The notes beneath the pieces are model-generated. The model searched no databases. It was given only the letters and a program-made list of their open reading frames with translations, and had not been told where the DNA came from. The translations under genes were made by a program, and so were the position numbers. From Eledone cirrhosa (lineage: Eukaryota): DNA of 64,000 nucleotides. The stretch is from assembly GCA_964016885.1 (NCBI GenBank), contig OZ024756.1, forward strand, positions 42,098,001-42,162,000, read 5' to 3'. This document shows, piece after piece, positions 62,401 through 64,000 of this stretch (positions are counted from its first letter, which is position 1; each line of letters starts with the position of its first letter).

Positions 62401-64000
62401 ATCATCTTTCAAAAAATTCTTAAAATTTTTTTTTCTAATTTACTTTTAGAAAAATTTAAATTTAAAATTATTTAGGAAGAATTCGAATCTTGAAACCAAA
62501 AGTTCAACCACAAAAGATATGAAATTTATCAAAATTTTTATAAATTATTTTAAAATAAACCGAAAACAGATTTGACTAAATCTTTTTGAAAACTTAAAAT
62601 TGTTTTTTACTAACAAGGTTCAAACAAGACTCACAACAAAACCAAAACTACCAATTTCTCAACTGTGATATTTCAGAACAATATAATCCATAGAATCATG
62701 ACACCAACAAATATAACCAGAATACTACTAAGATTAGAAAATCGATTAGGAGGAGGAGGGAGAGGAGAAAATACAACACAAACCCATTGACAGAACAGAT
62801 CTGATAAATTACCACATTTAAAAACAAAACATTTTTCTGTGATCCTATTGAAAAATATTCACAGCCATTATTAGAATAAAATAATACCTCTTGTGATAAT
62901 GAAGATGATGATGATGGTGAAGATTTACCTTTAGCTAGTCACAAGGAGGAGAAATAACAAATGGAAACTTTACTGACCCCAGAAGGATAAAAGACAAACT
63001 GGACAAAAGTAATATTTTGCAAGGCCAAAACATAGTCAACTACAGTCGTTAATTTGGTATTCTTCAGTCGTTAAGGGGGGAGATATTGGACCAATTTGTT
63101 CGTCAACTTATTAAAACCTTATTCTATACAGACTAACAGCTTCAAATCTATTTTTTGTTTTGTTTTTTCTAAAACCATAAATCTTTAAGATCATAAAAAT
63201 ATTAATTTTGTAAAAAAATTAGTACAAAGATGCTATCATCTCCCTGTTTCTATGATCTTAAATTTTAAGATATTAGAAAGCAAAAATAATAAAAGATTAA
63301 AAGCTAGTTAGACTGATAGTCTAAGTACTACTTTATATATCTAAAGGTATATTATATATATATGTATATGTGTGTATGTGTGTGCAAAAATGTATGTATA
63401 ATAATTCTTACATTGTCAGGAGGTTTCTTGAAATATATTTTCATACGCGATTATTGTATGGGAAGTCAGAATCAGCAAATATTAGATGCATGAACATGAC
63501 ACTAAGAAGATCAGGTAGAGGTGGTTAGTTGGAGATCAGCTACTTCCAGCTCCCGTCATTGCCGTCCATTTCAAGTGAAGATGTACTCTAACAAAAACAA
63601 TAAGTTAAATAGAATGACCAAATTATAAAGAAGCAGGCAGAAGTAGAACTTTATACGGGTAAACTATGAAAGTTTTTCAACAAAATATGTATATATAGAG
63701 ATAGATAGATATATATATAATAAATAAGGACGATCAGAAATGATTCGTAACATATATCATATCATCAAACCGACATTTAGACAAATATCGAACTATTAAT
63801 ACACAAAAACGAAAGGAAAGGATCCGATCGTCAGATCGAACCACGATTGCCGATCCTATCTGCCAGTGGCAACCCCTCCTGAAAGAAGAAGGTAGCGGGA
63901 TTTGAACTCAGAACAACACATATACAGCCAGATCAAGACATTCTTAAAGCATCTGGAACGACTGTTTATATAAAAAAAAAACACAATCCCGCCAATGATG

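Noticed and set aside
63500-63600. Candidate KMT2A exon 1 (GC-richer patch with ATGs on the minus strand)
   Set aside because: Both ATG frames stop within about 10 codons, and there is no menin-binding motif or suitable donor.

Overview
AT-rich, repeat-dense eukaryotic DNA. The SINE and microsatellite landscape looks like a cephalopod (octopus-type) genome; this is inference only. Positions 27,125-59,490 hold a large multi-exon minus-strand gene for a Trithorax/KMT2A-B (MLL1/2) histone H3K4 methyltransferase. I traced 32 coding exons by hand with consistent splice phases (13,062 nt, about 4,353 aa plus stop). The first coding exon appears to lie beyond the window's right edge. Domain order: LEDGF-binding FxGF motif, AT-hook, SNL-like motifs, nuclear-receptor-type C4 zinc finger, CXXC, PHD1-3, atypical bromodomain split by a ~660-aa insert, ePHD, FYRN, long linker with a C2HC finger, FYRC, Win, SET, post-SET. 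Positions 1-27,000 contain no supportable protein-coding gene. They consist of minisatellites, (TA)n microsatellites, tRNA-derived SINEs, MITEs and LINE scraps. The most notable non-coding signal is a set of minimal hammerhead-ribozyme motifs (one essentially intact, one nearly intact, several decayed) in short islands between (TA)n tracts, suggesting Penelope-like or retrozyme elements. There is also a perfect 150-bp palindrome and several minisatellites born from mobile-element parts.
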